Assembly (NCBI GenBank): GCA_965153455.1
Contig: OZ234493.1
Coordinates: forward strand, 14,436,213-14,500,212
Direction: 5' to 3'
Length of the DNA stretch: 64,000 nt
Origin: Sphagnum compactum
Taxonomy: Eukaryota
A program made the position numbers and the translations under genes. This document shows positions 1 to 14,762 of this stretch, piece after piece (the stretch's first letter is position 1; every line of letters begins with the position of its first letter). The notes under the pieces were generated by a model, which saw only the letters and a program-made list of their open reading frames with translations, had not been told where the DNA came from and made no database searches.

Positions 1-1289
1 CACCTAGTCATTATGGAAATTGCTTAAATGTTTTCAACAAATTATAAATTACATATATTATTGCAATTACATGTAAAGTTTTACCTTGGGATTGGTGTTC
101 AAATGTCAACCTACAATCATGACAAAACATTTCCAAAAGTTTGGGTCCATTATTCAATTGCTCCATTGGAATGTTTCCTTAACAACATCCATATTTGTAA
201 AAGAGGTACACACAATATGTATCCATGCAAAAACCATGTAAATGAGCGTGTAAACTATTTGATTTTACAACCCCATGACTAATTTGAAATAAATACATTC
301 TTTTCAATTGAATTATTAATACATAAAAAAATGATCATACTTATCAAAAGATAATATTTGAAGATTATTGCAAAGGGTCTTATATTGATAAAAACATATT
401 GATAATTCTGTCAATGGTGATTCACATCTAGTGCAATTGTAAAGTATTTCTTTCAATCATTTTCCAATTATAGAATAAAAAACTTCTTGTAAGCATGGCA
501 ATAATCATACACCTCATTATAATATGAAAAAAATCATATGTTAGACACAATTTTGGAAATTATATTATAAAACTTGAAGCAAAAGTTAACTTCTATCGTG
601 GGGTTATGAATTCAAGCAATATTAAATCAACATTTAAAATTGAAACATAACTAGATCAACTCAAATCGTATTTTAATGTCAAAGTATTTTATATAGAGTT
701 TTTTGGGGATAACTTGGTTTAACACATCATTTTTCACTAGGGAAAATATATCAATGTGGTAAAAGATCATCTCCATTGTGTAATGGTTAAATGACATTTT
801 ATCATATCCAAACAAGCCATCAACATGTACTTGGCCCTAACATTTTATGTTTCCCCCATTGTTTGAGTTGACCCTAGATTCAATATGTTGTTTTCCTCAA
901 AACATTTGTTCCCTCCAAGTGCACTTTCCTTCCAAAACTACGTGACAAACTTTATTTTGATTTTCATTGCACACCTCTTTCAATGTTTTGCTTGCAACTT
1001 TCTATGGACTTTGGCTTGCACTCCTACACTTTGCTTACACTTCTTTTAATAATTTGCAATATGTAATCTGTAAAGAAGTTTACTTGTGCACCAATGTGGA
1101 TTGGTGATTGCTTTATGTTTGTAGGATGTTTTATCTTTTGATTTTCACTTGTGCACCTTTGTGAATCATTGAAAAGCTTGAGTAACAATAATGAAAACTA
1201 GTTCAAATCTAACACCAAGGGAGTAAAAAAATGGAATTAATGTAGGTGAATTGTATCATTTCTTCTTTAGTGGTGCAACTTTTATAACT

Positions 1290-1625
1290 TTGATGCATAC
1301 ATCAGCCCAATGTAGGATCTCAAAACCAAATTACAATGAATAAAGGTAAATTTTTTCCATTGGTCAAGGATATTTTTTCTTATAAAGTTCTAGCCCCTTT
1401 TGTACGATTTTTTTGTCGTTTGCACTTGATCCTAGAAAGTTTTGATTGCTCCAAAGTCCCCTATGAATTTTGAAACATCATGTTTTATTATTCCTCATTT
1501 GGCTCCAAAGACTTCACCAATTTGTATGCATCACAAGCTGGGTGGTTATTGTTTTAGTGTTCACAAATCTTCTCCCAAAATGTGTTGCAGTTTTAGCCAT
1601 TTCCTATGATTGAACCTTGCAAGAT
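1290..1625 (-). mobile_element. Decayed PIF/Harbinger-type Myb/SANT-like (NAM-associated) ORF remnant
   Basis: Minus-strand translation through stops and frameshifts gives QGSIIGNG*NCNTFWEKICEH...KSLE..GIIKHDVSKFIG...GLELYKKK...FTFIHC. This matches the 'IIGNGQ..FW..I....SL..KW..I...VSKF.G' pattern of Harbinger ORF1-like proteins. Confidence 0.6.
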
Positions 1626-4600
1626 GTGGAAAAATGAGCCCAAAAAAAACGTTCTTCCTTGAGGGAAAAAAATTTCCCCTTTTGCTTGTTTGTTGAAGTT
1701 TCAAATGCTCATGTTGTTACCATGGGTCATATTCACAAAATTCATTGACATACCCAAAAAAAATTTGATTTGGCAAGTTCAAATTTCGTTATGGTATCTT
1801 GATGCATTGGAGCCTACAACAATGATTTTGTTTTTCTCAATTTTGTGTTATTCAAGTGGCAATCATCCATAAATATATTTAACCAAATTTGGAATATTCA
1901 AAATACAAAAGTAAAAAATCTTATGCACCCTTTCATATTTTAAACAATTGTGATGATTTTTGGCAATTTCTTAATTTTGAGTTTTGGCCAAAATAATTGT
2001 AACCAAGGAATTTGTGACAAAATATGTTTTGCAAAATGGCAAAAATTCACCACAACAAAAATCCTTGGGCTGCAGATACATTTGTTTTAGCCTTAACAAT
2101 ACTTATTTTGGATGGATGCAATGGTGGGGATGGTCATGTGCACAAAACAAGTGTGAGTCTTGCAAATTGCCCATTGGAAGGTTATTTGTAATGAACGGTG
2201 GGATGGTCACACCAAAATAAATTTACTTAAAAAATTAAGTGTTATTTATACCACATGGAAAGAAAGTCTCTAGTTGTTAATGCCATCTCACTATTGGTAA
2301 TATCTTCAATTTTTTGAGTTCTTGGAGAAATAGGCATGGCACATTTGAGAAGCAAAGATGCAAAACAAAGCTTTGATTTCTTTGACAAACTACAAGTTGG
2401 TAGTTTAACAAAACATGGAGTGAAATGTGCATTCATTTCCCTTTTTGGCAACCCCCCCTCCAAGGTTTTTCCTTCATACCTTCATTGTTTTCCAAGATTT
2501 GTCTCATCTTGTATTTGTATTAATGATGGAACATTGGTGATTATGAGCGTTTCATTGAAATTGAAAACTTTTTTATGATTATGGTTTTGAATGTACTAAT
2601 CATCCATGGGTCTTTTAGATATTAAATGGTCATGAATATTTTTGCACATAAAATATCAAAGTCTTTTGTTATCGTTTATTACAAATTTATTTGGAACACA
2701 ATGCATATATGTAAACTAATAAACCATGGAAATATACTTCAATATTTTTGACATGTTGAAAAAATGCAGATAGAAATGTGCACAATCATGGAGTCGGCAT
2801 CACAAGGTTTGGTTGATTGGGCGCTTTTCCATGTTCATGTGTCAAATAAGTTGCATCCAAATCGCACTGAACATTTCATTCGAACAACATTTGACTCTTT
2901 TTGTGGAAAAAGTATGCCACATGACATTTTTTTCATTCTTGTTACATGCTTGAAACTATAAAATATTATCAACACTTCAAAATGCTTTCAATCAATGAGA
3001 AAAATAGCTTTACTATGCATTCTTATATTTTATTTCATGATTTATACATGAACAAAATATTGATATTAACATATAAAGTTTGTGATGCCACTATTTGGAA
3101 TAATGCACTAAAACATGGGTTGGAAATTTTGTAGGCATGCCCAAAAGGGAGTTCTTGACATCACAATCATTTCTTAAAGTTTTACAAAAACAAGCCCCTT
3201 TGCTCAATCAACGACGAGCTAAAGAGGCATTTTTAGAACTTGATTCTATTGGTGAAGGTTTTGTAACATTTTTTGATTTTGCAGCAGCCATGCGATCTGA
3301 TGTCCCATAATTGTGTTCCATTTCAAACGTAATCAAAAGATTAATCAATTGAAGAAAAAACTTACAAAGATTGACCTAAGACCTTTTCATGTTCAAATTT
3401 GTGAATATAATTATACCTTTTGGAGAAGTATAAAATTATCTTAATCAATGATTCACAAAACTACCCTTGATTCTCCAAACCAAAGATGCACCAATATTTT
3501 GGTTCAAATTGTCAACATTCTTCTTGATGTATCAGGGGATACATTGTTTAAAATTTATTATTATGGTCATAGAATCAACCAACAAACCTCAAGAAAATGG
3601 GGAATGTTGGTAACATCCAAATGGGGTTAGTTATAATCATATGATCATAAATATTGTTGGTTTTTGTTTCTTGTGTAATGATCATTTTCACCCTTTGAAA
3701 TTGTCGAGCTTATTCACAAGCAAAAAAATCTTCCTATTTCATTGTATTTAAATTGTAAATGACACAAATTTGTTTCTCTACTAAAGTGTACTTATTGAAT
3801 TTTAATGAAACTAATTGGCACCCAACAAACAAAAGTTCATTAAACAACGTTAATCCAATAATTCCTCTCCTAGATAGAAAATGATCTATTTGAATTTGTT
3901 TAGTTTATTACTTTTACAAATAATCATATATAAAGGGATTAAGTTTTTGGCTTAAATGAAACATGTGCTTCACAAAAATCAATTTGTAATACCAAATTGT
4001 GATATGAATCATGTTAGTTTGGAAATTTGAAATGAAAAATGCATGTATAATTGACACATCAAGTATGTTAAATGGTGTCTAAAACCAAGAAGTTAAATGA
4101 CATTCATCACCAAGTTTTAAGCCTACATTTGTGTCATGAACCCTAAATTTGAATATGATTTATATTTTTTTCTAAATATTAATGCTTATCATTTTCCCAT
4201 GTGTTGTTGTTGTACAACTTTACTTAAATTCAATTATTGCCATCAATGTTACAAGTATAAAATGCACCAAGTTTACCATCTCTTTACATGAAAAAAAAAT
4301 TTTTGAACTTGTTATGGAATAATGAAAGTCTCAAAATGGACATAACAATAATGACCAATCCATGGGCCTATCTTAGTGTCAAGTTTGTTTCATAAGTTTG
4401 ATGTTTTAAATGCAAGGTCAGTGTCGTTGGCAAATGTCCATAATAAGGGGTAAACCCTAAGAATTATAGGTTAATCAATTATTTAGAAATCAAACTAAGA
4501 AGATAAACATAAAAGGGACATAGTAACATTTGAGACAAAAACATTTGATGGATTGTTTAAAATAATTCATTGTTACATATGTGCCTACCAATTCATGCCA

Positions 4601-6489
4601 AGAATTGGAGCACATTATACTCCCCCCATCAAACTTCACAAGGCAACTTGTCATTTGGTGCCTTGCATGGTTTTGCGCATAACTGCACATGAGTTTCATA
4701 TTTTGATGATTTACACATAACAAGAAATAATAATATGTTCTAAAACTCCTTGTGGATTTGAACCCACCACCATAGGGAAATAAGATCTAGTTGTTATCAC
4801 TAGCCTTCCTATTCTTTCAAATAATTACATCATATTTTTTAATGTATTTTTCACTTTTCGTCAAATCTTGTGGCAAAACTATGTAAGGTGTTACAATCCT
4901 TTTTACTAACACCTTGATACAAAATGACAAGAGTTGTTATATATGGGTGCAAAATAATCTAAACTTTGAAGGATTCATTATTGAATGAGAGCACTTTTTA
5001 TTTTAAACAATTTTTAATTTAGTTTTAACAAATGGTTGTGATAAATCTCTAAAAATGGATATGCAAAATGTTATGGTTATTGAAGTTTTTCTAATGTTAT
5101 TATACTAATTTCTAAAAGATTTTCTAAGGTTTATTTTAGCCAATGACTCAATATACCTTAGAAAATATTTCATGTGTTATGTGCCCCGTTCATTCCCGCA
5201 AGGATAGGTCATTATTTTATTTTATCTCAATTTTTTTGTGTAAAATGTTGATTAATTTAACAATAATAGTTGGGTTTGATGGTGTTTTAAGGATTTAAAA
5301 ACTTAAAGTGATGATTATCCCTAAAAATATTTAGCCATACATGGCTACAAATGAATTATGCCAAGTAAAAGAAAATTAATAATCATTTTATATTAATGAC
5401 AATTTGTTGAAAAGTGACATACATGTTTGGTGATGGGTCCCCTGCAAGGGAGGAAATTTTGCAACAAAGAAGTCAAAATTTCAAATATTTCTTGACTCTT
5501 TAATTACCATACATCTTTTGAAACTCTAGGTGATTAAGGAAAATAACTTTTCAATGTCAAATCTAAAATAAATACCTTGCACAAATATGAAAGAAAACTA
5601 GCAAGAAAAAGGGGTGACCATAGGCCATTTTCAAATGAAATAAAGGGATATAAAGAAGGGAAAAAGGGAACATGGTAAAAGGGAAAAACAAAAAAAGAAC
5701 TTGAAAAAAGGAAGGTGAAAAACGATGACTTTTTTTTGTGTGTGAGATTTTGCCAAAATGAAAAAGGGAATATTTGATGATAATATTCTTTTTTTTTTGA
5801 ATAATCACCAAATTTCCAAGGAAAAAAGGAAAACTTTTCACCATTTTTGGACTTTGATTTTAATTTTGGTAGCATTTTTAAAATCAATTTTTGAAACTAT
5901 TTTTATAGGTTCTAAAAACCTATTGCCATTTAATGTTAAAACCCTCTTAGAATGCTCGCCAATGACACGAGGTCAAAAATTTGAAAAAAAATCCATTGGT
6001 GAGAAAATTGAAGATAAATAAGGTAAATTTGATGTATTTATGAAAAATGAATGACAAATATTTGCATGTATGGTTTGTGCTTGATCATAAAACATTTTAT
6101 AAGTGAGTGGAACACATTCATCAAATAACATGATAAGTATGACAAAGGATAAACATGCTACTGTACAACTTGAGTGGGCAACATATGTACATCTATTGTA
6201 AAGTGGAAGCAAATTGATGTCATGTCCATTTGTAGACAAGAGTAATTAACACAATCATGCTTATGTGAATCCCCCTTTAACCTTGAGGGTAGATTAGCCC
6301 TTCATTTGATGAATCCAAAAACCTCTTTACACTTCAAGTGTGGTATCTTCAATGTATAGGAAAAGCCTAATGCATATCTTGCAATTGCAAGAACCATTTA
6401 GAAAAAGGTCATGAAATTGGTTGGTTCTATGTAAACACAATTCATTACTATCTAAACCTTGATTGGATTGAGCACCCTTCAATGTACTC

Positions 6490-6640
6490 ATAGTAATACT
6501 TGAAAGTTCACATATAGTCATCAAAGGTCATAGCATATAGGCATGCGCCCTTTTTTTTAGATTTTTGGAACCAAATGTTGTGGACCATCTTTGAAAGGCT
6601 AGAAGTTGGCATGTTTGCCAACTCTTCCAAGGTGAACTTT
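6490..6640 (-). mobile_element. Possible decayed transposase fragment (MULE-like)
   Basis: Minus-strand reading LEELANMPTSSLSKMVHNIWFQKSKKRGACLYAMTFDDY resembles the 'N.SE..H..W' segment of Mutator-like transposases. Surrounding frames are broken. Confidence 0.3.
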
Positions 6641-8764
6641 TGCATTGATTTTAAAGAAATGAAGTAAAAACACAATCTGCATGACATGGAGATTTAACCC
6701 AATGAATCAAATACATTAGGAAGAAATCTTACCTGTAACATGAATCTTCCCCATTGTCTAACACATAAATGCCAAAAATTCAACTAGTTGAACTAGTTGT
6801 TGAACTTGTGAATTGTAGTCTCACAAATAACTTTAAAAGAGTACCACCAAGATTGAATTACAACATATTGAAGATTGGTACCTTCCATAGATGTTGCATT
6901 TTTATATTCGTAACACAACCTTGTGTTTACCTTGTAATTCAAATGTTGTCAACTATTTATAATGTGTTTGTCAAGTTATTGAATCAAATGAAAAAAACAA
7001 GTTCACTCCTTGTCAACCATTTTCACAATAGGATTTCTATATCTATAAATGATTTACATGGCATTCCAATTTGCTTGTGTGGAATTCTTCCACAATATAC
7101 AACACATTGTTTGATGTACATTGGTTAAATGATGTTTAATAAATCAATTTTTTTAAATTCAAAGATTTATGAAGATTGTCGACATTAATCCTTAACATCC
7201 ATATGGATAATCATAATTAGGACCAAAAGGAATATGAAGACAAATGCCAATAGATGGTTATTAGTGGGAATACAACATTTTGTTGTTTGATGAATGATCA
7301 CAATGTATTATTTAAGACATTTGAGTCCGCATATTCTAATCGACCCAACACAACACACAAGATATGATTTTGGTAGTAATCTTATAGTGTGGAATAAAGC
7401 TCATAACATATTTAGATATGACAATTTGGGCTACTAGATTTTGGCTTTAGGATGACAAGATGATGACCAAAGAGGATAGTTAACTATGTCAAAACCAATC
7501 GTGAAATGTAAACAAAATCCAATGAAATTTTGGTTAAAAGTAATCTGATTTTTTTTCAATAGTCCAAAAGGACATTTATAAATTTGTTAGCCCAAATTTG
7601 ACAAAATATATAAACCTTGAAGACATCGGATATTTTTTGGGTCAAATTTTACATCCAAATTGCATTCAATATGGGATAATTGCATTTGTATGTTTACATG
7701 GGCATAAATTACCTAATGTTGAATGGAGGTTGATAGATGAAACTACATATATTTTGAAGAAAAAAATTTAAAAATTAATTAATTGCATCACCCAAAGGTT
7801 ATATGATTGAGAAATGAAAGAATGATTTATGATGACAAAATTTGTCAAGATATTTTTCATGAATGGAAAGGTGCAATTGGAGGGGGCCAAGATGCCATCT
7901 TGAAAAATAATCAAATAATAAAACACATGGTGGAAACAAAAAAACCTAATAAAATAGAAGGATGTTTAATGTATTGTACTTTTTTCCCCAATGAATTGCA
8001 TTGTTATGTAGAGACATGACATCAAGAAGGCAATGACACCTCCAAAGAGGAGGAAAGGGCAAAGTTTTAAGTGGACAAATCCCAAGAAAAGATGGAAGAA
8101 AAATAATATAATGATGAAAGATAATAAAAAAATGGTAGAGATGAACATAGAAGACAAAAAAACAATGGACATTAAAAAAAAGACCCCATTGGCTAATGAA
8201 AATCAAGAATAGATACATGAGGAGGCCAATTTGAAAAAGAAGAAAGAGAAGATGATGACGACTATGATGAAACAAAAATTCAAGTAGGCAAAAAAGAAAT
8301 GAAATGATGTTTAACAACATCATTTCCATAAAATGTATCAAAGGTGTTAAGTGAAGGGACGATAGTAGTGCAAAAGGTTTAAAGAAGTTTTTTAAGTCGA
8401 AAAATGTGTTTTTACTATTGAAAGACCTTTAAATTAACATTTTTAGGTTTTGTTCATTTTTAGTAATTTTTAGGGACTTGGGTTTGTGCACCCAAAAACT
8501 ATCTACAAGAAAAAATCTTGTCCTTTTGCACCCCCACACATTGCAACTATTATCCAATTTTATTACAATTTCAATCACAATTGTCCATCTTAAATTTTCG
8601 AATGGCTTGTTGCACTAATTAATGGTTAATATTGTTTATAATTATAACATTCATTATGTTGTTCATTTATGAATGTATCCGAAATCTTATTCTATTTTTT
8701 AATAATTTTAAATTGTTGACATGGAAATTGAAGTAACTTTTAACTTGATTTACACAATGCAGTA

Positions 8765-9425
8765 TAATGGGTTGGTGTTTTTTTACATCTATTCAACTAT
8801 CAATGTGATACATAAATTAAACCATTCACTTTTAAAACATTGAACCCTTGTTCATGGGTTGCATTTTACACTTGCCATAATTTATTAAAACACATGTAAC
8901 AACTTAAAACTTCACATATTTATTAAAATGAATTAGTGATTTTTTTCACATCTCTTTAAATGTCAACATGTGTTGAATTATTCATTTTTAATATGTTAAA
9001 ATTACTACTCAAATGTCTATTTTTCATTTATTAAAATATATTGAAACACATGCAACTTGGTGTTTTATAATTATACTTGAATGGTTTAATGAGTTTTTTC
9101 ACATATCTTAAATTATCAATATTTATAAATGACTTGAATCATCCATTTTGAACCTATTTGAAACCATTACTCAAATATTTCATCATGCATTTATTAATAT
9201 ATATTGAAACGCACACAACAACTTAACATCTCACATTTATATTTGAACATGTTAATGATTTCACATATCTTGAACTATCAACATTTGCACATGAGTTGAA
9301 CGAATCCTTTTGAATGTGTTAAAATCCATTATTCACAAGTTGCATTTTGCACTCATCACAATTTTTTGAAATGAATGTATAAAAACTTGAGCAATCACAC
9401 ATTTATATTTGAACGGGTTAATGAT
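8765..9425. repeat. Degenerate tandem repeat, about 160-bp unit, about 4 copies
   Basis: The block ttgaa..gttaatga..ttcacatatctt.aa.tatcaa..ccattactcaa..tattgaaac.ca recurs at about 8930, 9080, 9245 and partially 9410. Confidence 0.6.
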
Positions 9426-11214
9426 CAGGTCAAAATTTTCATGCACGTAAAATCTAAGGTGCATTCATATTTTTAAATTATAAAATTTTAATATATTGAA
9501 TTATTATACATTTATATAAGTTAAAATGTATGTTTTTCCCTTAGATTTTTTTAGGCACCACGGACAAGTTTTTTATTATGAAAGTTCATGATGCCACACC
9601 AAAAGCCCCAAAAATAATCCCTAGATGTTTTCCCTTTTCTTTTTTTTGTGTATGAGAAAAACATTAGTGTTAATTTTTTATTACTATAAAAATTGGTCAT
9701 TTCTACTTTATTTTTATCTCTTAATTTTTATTAAAAAAATTATCAATATTTTTTAACTTATTATTTAAAAAACCTTAATCATGATTTAACATTTTTAAAG
9801 GTTTGTTTTGTTATAGATTTAGGTTTAAATATTCAAATATTTTTTAAAAAATGAATGAATTAAAAATGGTGATCATGACAATGACATCAATGATTTTTGT
9901 TTATAATTTTGTGATATTATTCAAACGGTAATCATTTACAAGAAGATTTAACCATGTTTTGGTTATAAAAATTATATGTAGGTATAAAATAGTTAAAATA
10001 TTTTTATAATTTGGCTATAGGTCCTAAATCTATTGTAGAATTTTAGCCTTCAAAAATAAAATAAAATAATGAGTTTTGGTTTTTTAATTTAAAAAATCCA
10101 TGCTTGATGTTGATGGTATTTTTTTATGTTAAAAAATGGTGGAAATTCATCACAAAAGACCACTGAACTACATCATTAATATTTATTTTAAAGTTTTCAA
10201 AAAAATTGGATAAGGTTTATAATAATTTCAAATATTGCTTAAATTTTTAAAAATAAGTTTGATGTTGGAATGTTTATGGGCATAAGGTTTGATTTATTAT
10301 AATCATTTCTTTAAAAAATTCATTTGGAGTACCATTTTTCAAATTTGTGATTTCAAATTTTAACAAATTTTTGTTGTTTTCATTTTTCTTTGAATTCGCA
10401 TTGTTTTTTCAAATTTTTGCAAAAATGATCATCACCAAAAGTTAAATAAATAAATAATACTCGTTAATTAATCACTAGTACAAACATTAACTATTGTAAC
10501 TAACTCCTATTATTAATCAATGTATAATTAACTAATTATGCATAGGCTAATATAAATTACCTACCTACTTAACTTAGATAACCTAAGAACGGTATTGTAG
10601 ATGGTTTAGGTAGCCTAGGTATGTAAGTTCAAGTAAATTATTTACATATCGAAGTTACGTTATTAGTTGCTCATCTAATTGCCTATCTAAAGTACATTAA
10701 TTAATGTGTAATTAAGCAATTAGGTATTGATTATTGTAATTACCTCATACATTGAACTAATTAGTGTACTTATCTACTTACCTATATAATTACCTACCGA
10801 CTTATGTAAATAATGCACCTACCTCCTTACCTACCTACTTACTTAATTGATGTATTTAATTAATTACCTGTGGATAATGTTGTATGGGATATGGGAATGT
10901 ATCCTTTGTGCAAAAGTTTAATTCATATGTTTATCATCCTTTTAAACTTGTACACAATATAAGTGGGTGCACTACAATTTCTCATGGTTCAATGATGTGT
11001 GTTGAACCAAAGCCAAAGTTATTGACTATTTTTTAATGCCCTTGCTTTGGCAATCTCATTAGTATGCCAAATGTAGGTGGATTGTTGCACATTTAATTTT
11101 GGTGAGATTCAAGATTTTGATGGTGAAAATTTTTAGTGGGATTCAAACTTTTGATTTAAAATTTTAATTTATAAGTGATAGCAATTTTGGAACCCTTCTT
11201 TTCATTCATACTTT

Positions 11215-11876
11215 CTTTTCAACCTAGCAAAGTTCATAACATGTTGGCATTCATGTTAGATCCCCAATACAAGGGGTTGGGGTTGGTCATTTGATATGTT
11301 GGCAAGCAAATGGCTCTTCATATTGTAGGTGAGTATGATAGAAAGGTATTATTCCCACTCCTTTGTGCATACAAGATCCTAAACCTAATTAATGCAAATG
11401 AAAGAGGCCTAAGTAGTTTTACATCCAAAAATTCTCAAATTACAAGTTTGTATGATGTCATAGAAAATGATAATGATATGACATTATCAATGACGAAAGA
11501 ACAATTCAACCATTTCAAGACCAAGGAAGTCAATTTGGATGAATGCAAAGATTCATTAGCATGGTGGAGAACCACAAGATGCAATTTTCCTATGTCAGGT
11601 TTGTCAATCTTGGGGATTGATCTCAAATTGAGGTAGAAAAAGTTTTCAATATTGCAAATATTTGCACAAACCTACAACGTTCTCTCTTGGGGCATGGATA
11701 ATTTTGAGATGCTTATAAGCATTTACAAGAATTGGCTTGATGATGCCCACGTTGGTGGCTTTCCATCATCCATGGAAAAATTCATGAGAATGGAAGAAGC
11801 CCTAATAGATGAAAATGAAGATGTAATTGCATCATTCAAGCTTTTGGATATGAATGAAAGCAACTATAGAGTTTAG
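11215..11876 (+). mobile_element. hAT transposase C-terminal remnant (dimerisation domain), pseudogenised
   Basis: Reads HNMLAFMLDPQYKGL (LDPR.K-type motif), DSLAWWR, ILGI..QIEVEKVFNIA (S...ERxFS-type motif), MDNFEMLISIYKNW, with stops and frameshifts. Confidence 0.75.
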
Positions 11877-13485
11877 GTAAATTTTATTTCTTGTTCCTTG
11901 CATCTTTCAAGTCTTTTTTCCTTCCCAAGTTTGATGTTCGTATTCATCAAAGTTGACATAATCAACTTGTTGTTTTTTTGGTTGTCATAGGTCTTTCGAG
12001 CAATGTGTGGAGCAAGGGTGTTGCATTAGGGCTCCTCATACCCCAGGGTTGTATGTGATGAAAAAATTGCTAGGTTTCAAGTTTTAAAAATTTCTTCCTT
12101 GGTTTGCCACTTTGCATGAGTTTTCTTGGCATCTTGAATTTGGCAAAATTACGATATAATTTGGGAGTGTTTTGGAGCCAATATCTTTGGTTTTGGAGCA
12201 AGATGTTAAAGGGCACAAATAAGGCAGATTCTAGGTATGTATTATGGGGTTTAGGATACCCTTTTAGGGCTGAATTAGGGCAGATTTGAGGACTATTTTG
12301 GAGCAAAGAGGGTGTCCATTGCAAGTTATTTTTGAGGTGGTAGGTTTGAAGGGGTAGATTTGGGGGCTGGTTGGGAGCTCAGATGGGAGTGTTTTTTGTG
12401 GGCTGAATTCAAAAGTGCCAAAATGACCCATTTCCAAATTGGCATACAAGTGCACGAAAAGACATGAAACCAATTGGCATAAAAAATGATACGAATCCAT
12501 TGGTATTGTAGTTTAGATTAGTTTAGGTTAGTAAAAGTAAGTTAGATTGTTGGGTTTCATTTGGCCTTTTATAGGCTTTGTACTAATCTGACTTATTTTT
12601 GAAATTAAAAAAATCTTTTATTTGCATTCTTTCCAATGATGTTTTGAGAAGTGAAACCTAACCAGGAGGTTAACCAAAACCTACCCTAGAATTGATCATT
12701 GTCGTATTTTGAAATAGCTCTATATTATCATAGTACACAAACGATTTTAGCGTAAATTAAATTATTTCTTATTTGGTCGAATGTTTGAGTAATTATTTAT
12801 TACTTATGCCAAAATCTTAATAATTGTTATAAAAATAAAATTTAAAATATTTAATTGTCAGGTCTGAGCTTCAAACCTGCCACTCCTTGAATTTAAGAAT
12901 GTGACAATCTAGACACACGTAGACCAACCCACAAAGACAACAAAGGTATGTTTACTAATTTTTGTAAGCATTACCTGCTGAAAATTTCAGAGTTAAAAAC
13001 CAGTTGCCGAAGTTAAGATTTGAGATTTAATTAATTATTTGGCAATTTTACTACTGAATCCATTCAGGTACTAAGGTAAACCAAAGCTGGAATTGACCTT
13101 TACATTGAATAACCATAACCGAAACCAGTTCCCACTTAAATATAATTTAAAGAAAAATCTACCCCACACCAGAACTGACGCTATAAAATGTTTTGGAACT
13201 GCAACTAGTGGAGGTTCCTTCTAAAACCCAAGAACCGCCCAACACTGTAAATTACCAATCTACAAATGCCACAAGTTGGAACCTTCCAAAGTTTGCAAGT
13301 GGGTTGTTGCACTAATTAATAATGAATCGAGGTGTAACCTTGTCTGACTGACAGGTTTAAGGAAGAAATAATGTCACCATCCAAGAGGAAAAGTACACGC
13401 CAAAAAGGGTCCCAGACAACAATGAAAAGTCAGTAACATAAATACACTCATTCATTATTGTGCTGCATTCTACAAGGAGTAATTG

Positions 13486-13503
13486 AGAGAGAGAGAGAGA
13501 GAG
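13486..13503. repeat. (GA)n microsatellite
   Basis: gagagagagagagagaga seen directly. Confidence 0.9.
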
Positions 13504-14654
13504 CCTAACTTAGTTGGTAAGAGAAGTTGGTGTTTCCATTCTGTAAGTTTTGGCCCACCAAAGTGAAGAGTGAAGCAGCAACAACCCACCAAACTGGATG
13601 GATGATATGTGAACAGGACACTATTTTTCATCGTTTTTCTTCTCCCCAAAAGCTAACCAGGGTGGTTGGTTAGCTATCTACTAACCATCCACATGCATCT
13701 AACTATTTACTAGCCACCAAGTGTGCTACCTATTTTGAAAAACATACATAGTAATCAATTATATTATTATTATATTAGATATGTACTTATGTATGAGATT
13801 TACCCCATTCTGAAGGTAGTGTGAGGTTTACACTTTACTCGATAGGTTACCATAATTGAAACCCCGGTAAGTAAGTAAGTCGGTTGTAGTTCATCCACAA
13901 CAACGGAGTCATAATGGATTCCCTATGGATGGTGCATTGGTGGTGGGTGCTGGTTCACTCTGGCAGACTTGTAGTAGCTCACATGTTGCCACCACTCAAC
14001 AACCTCATTGAATTTTCAGAAACCCAACTATTCATTCAGTGCAAAAATATTAAAACTATTAATTAAAAGTTATTAAAACTTAGACTTTCTGGCACAAAAT
14101 CAAAAATCGCCAACTCACACTATAATTTCTCTCATGATCCAAAGTAATAAGAGTATCTCCACCCATACCCACTATTTGGACCTCTATCATTTTTTTGTGG
14201 CAAATTTTTGTCACTTGGGTACCCAAAAAAAAAAGTTGGGACTCATCAAGGGGATTTTTTCTTTGTAAAAAAAGGCCCAAAGTCACCATATTTCAAGGAG
14301 GGAGGGAGGGGGGGAGAGAGAGAGAAGGGGTGAAATCGCCAGATTTAGATTATAGGTTCTATCATGTCGCCAAAAGAAAATAGCAGATTCTAAAAAATAA
14401 TATCTCGGACCTGTCGCCAAATTTGGCTAAGTCCTCTTGTGGATGATGGCCAGTTCATCTCCCTCACAAAATTGAAAGAAAAAATGCCCTTGGAGGTTCA
14501 CCTTACAATGCAAGCTGTGTGTCAGGAGAGATGAGTGATGAGCTTGTAAAACTCATCAATTGCCAATAGGCTAGGCTTTAGTGTGCAAGAATGAATTCCA
14601 TGAGAGTTCTTCATGCTTGCATTTAAATTTTGGAAGACTAACTTTCAGGGACTA

Positions 14655-14762
14655 TTGATTTCACACACTACAAAAATAATAGAGAAATTGCAAATGGGTT
14701 TAGGTTGATTTCACACACTACAAAAATAATAGAGAAATTGCAAATGGGTTTAGGGTTTAGGG
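14655..14762. repeat. Perfect 50-bp tandem duplication ending in two plant telomere-type TTTAGGG units
   Basis: ttgatttcacacactacaaaaataatagagaaattgcaaatgggtttagg occurs at 14655-14704 and 14705-14754, running into tttagggtttaggg. Confidence 0.9.

Noticed and set aside
5534-6021. Phe/Lys-rich ORFs (also 7946-8341)
   Set aside because: Artefacts of poly-A/poly-T runs in repetitive DNA.
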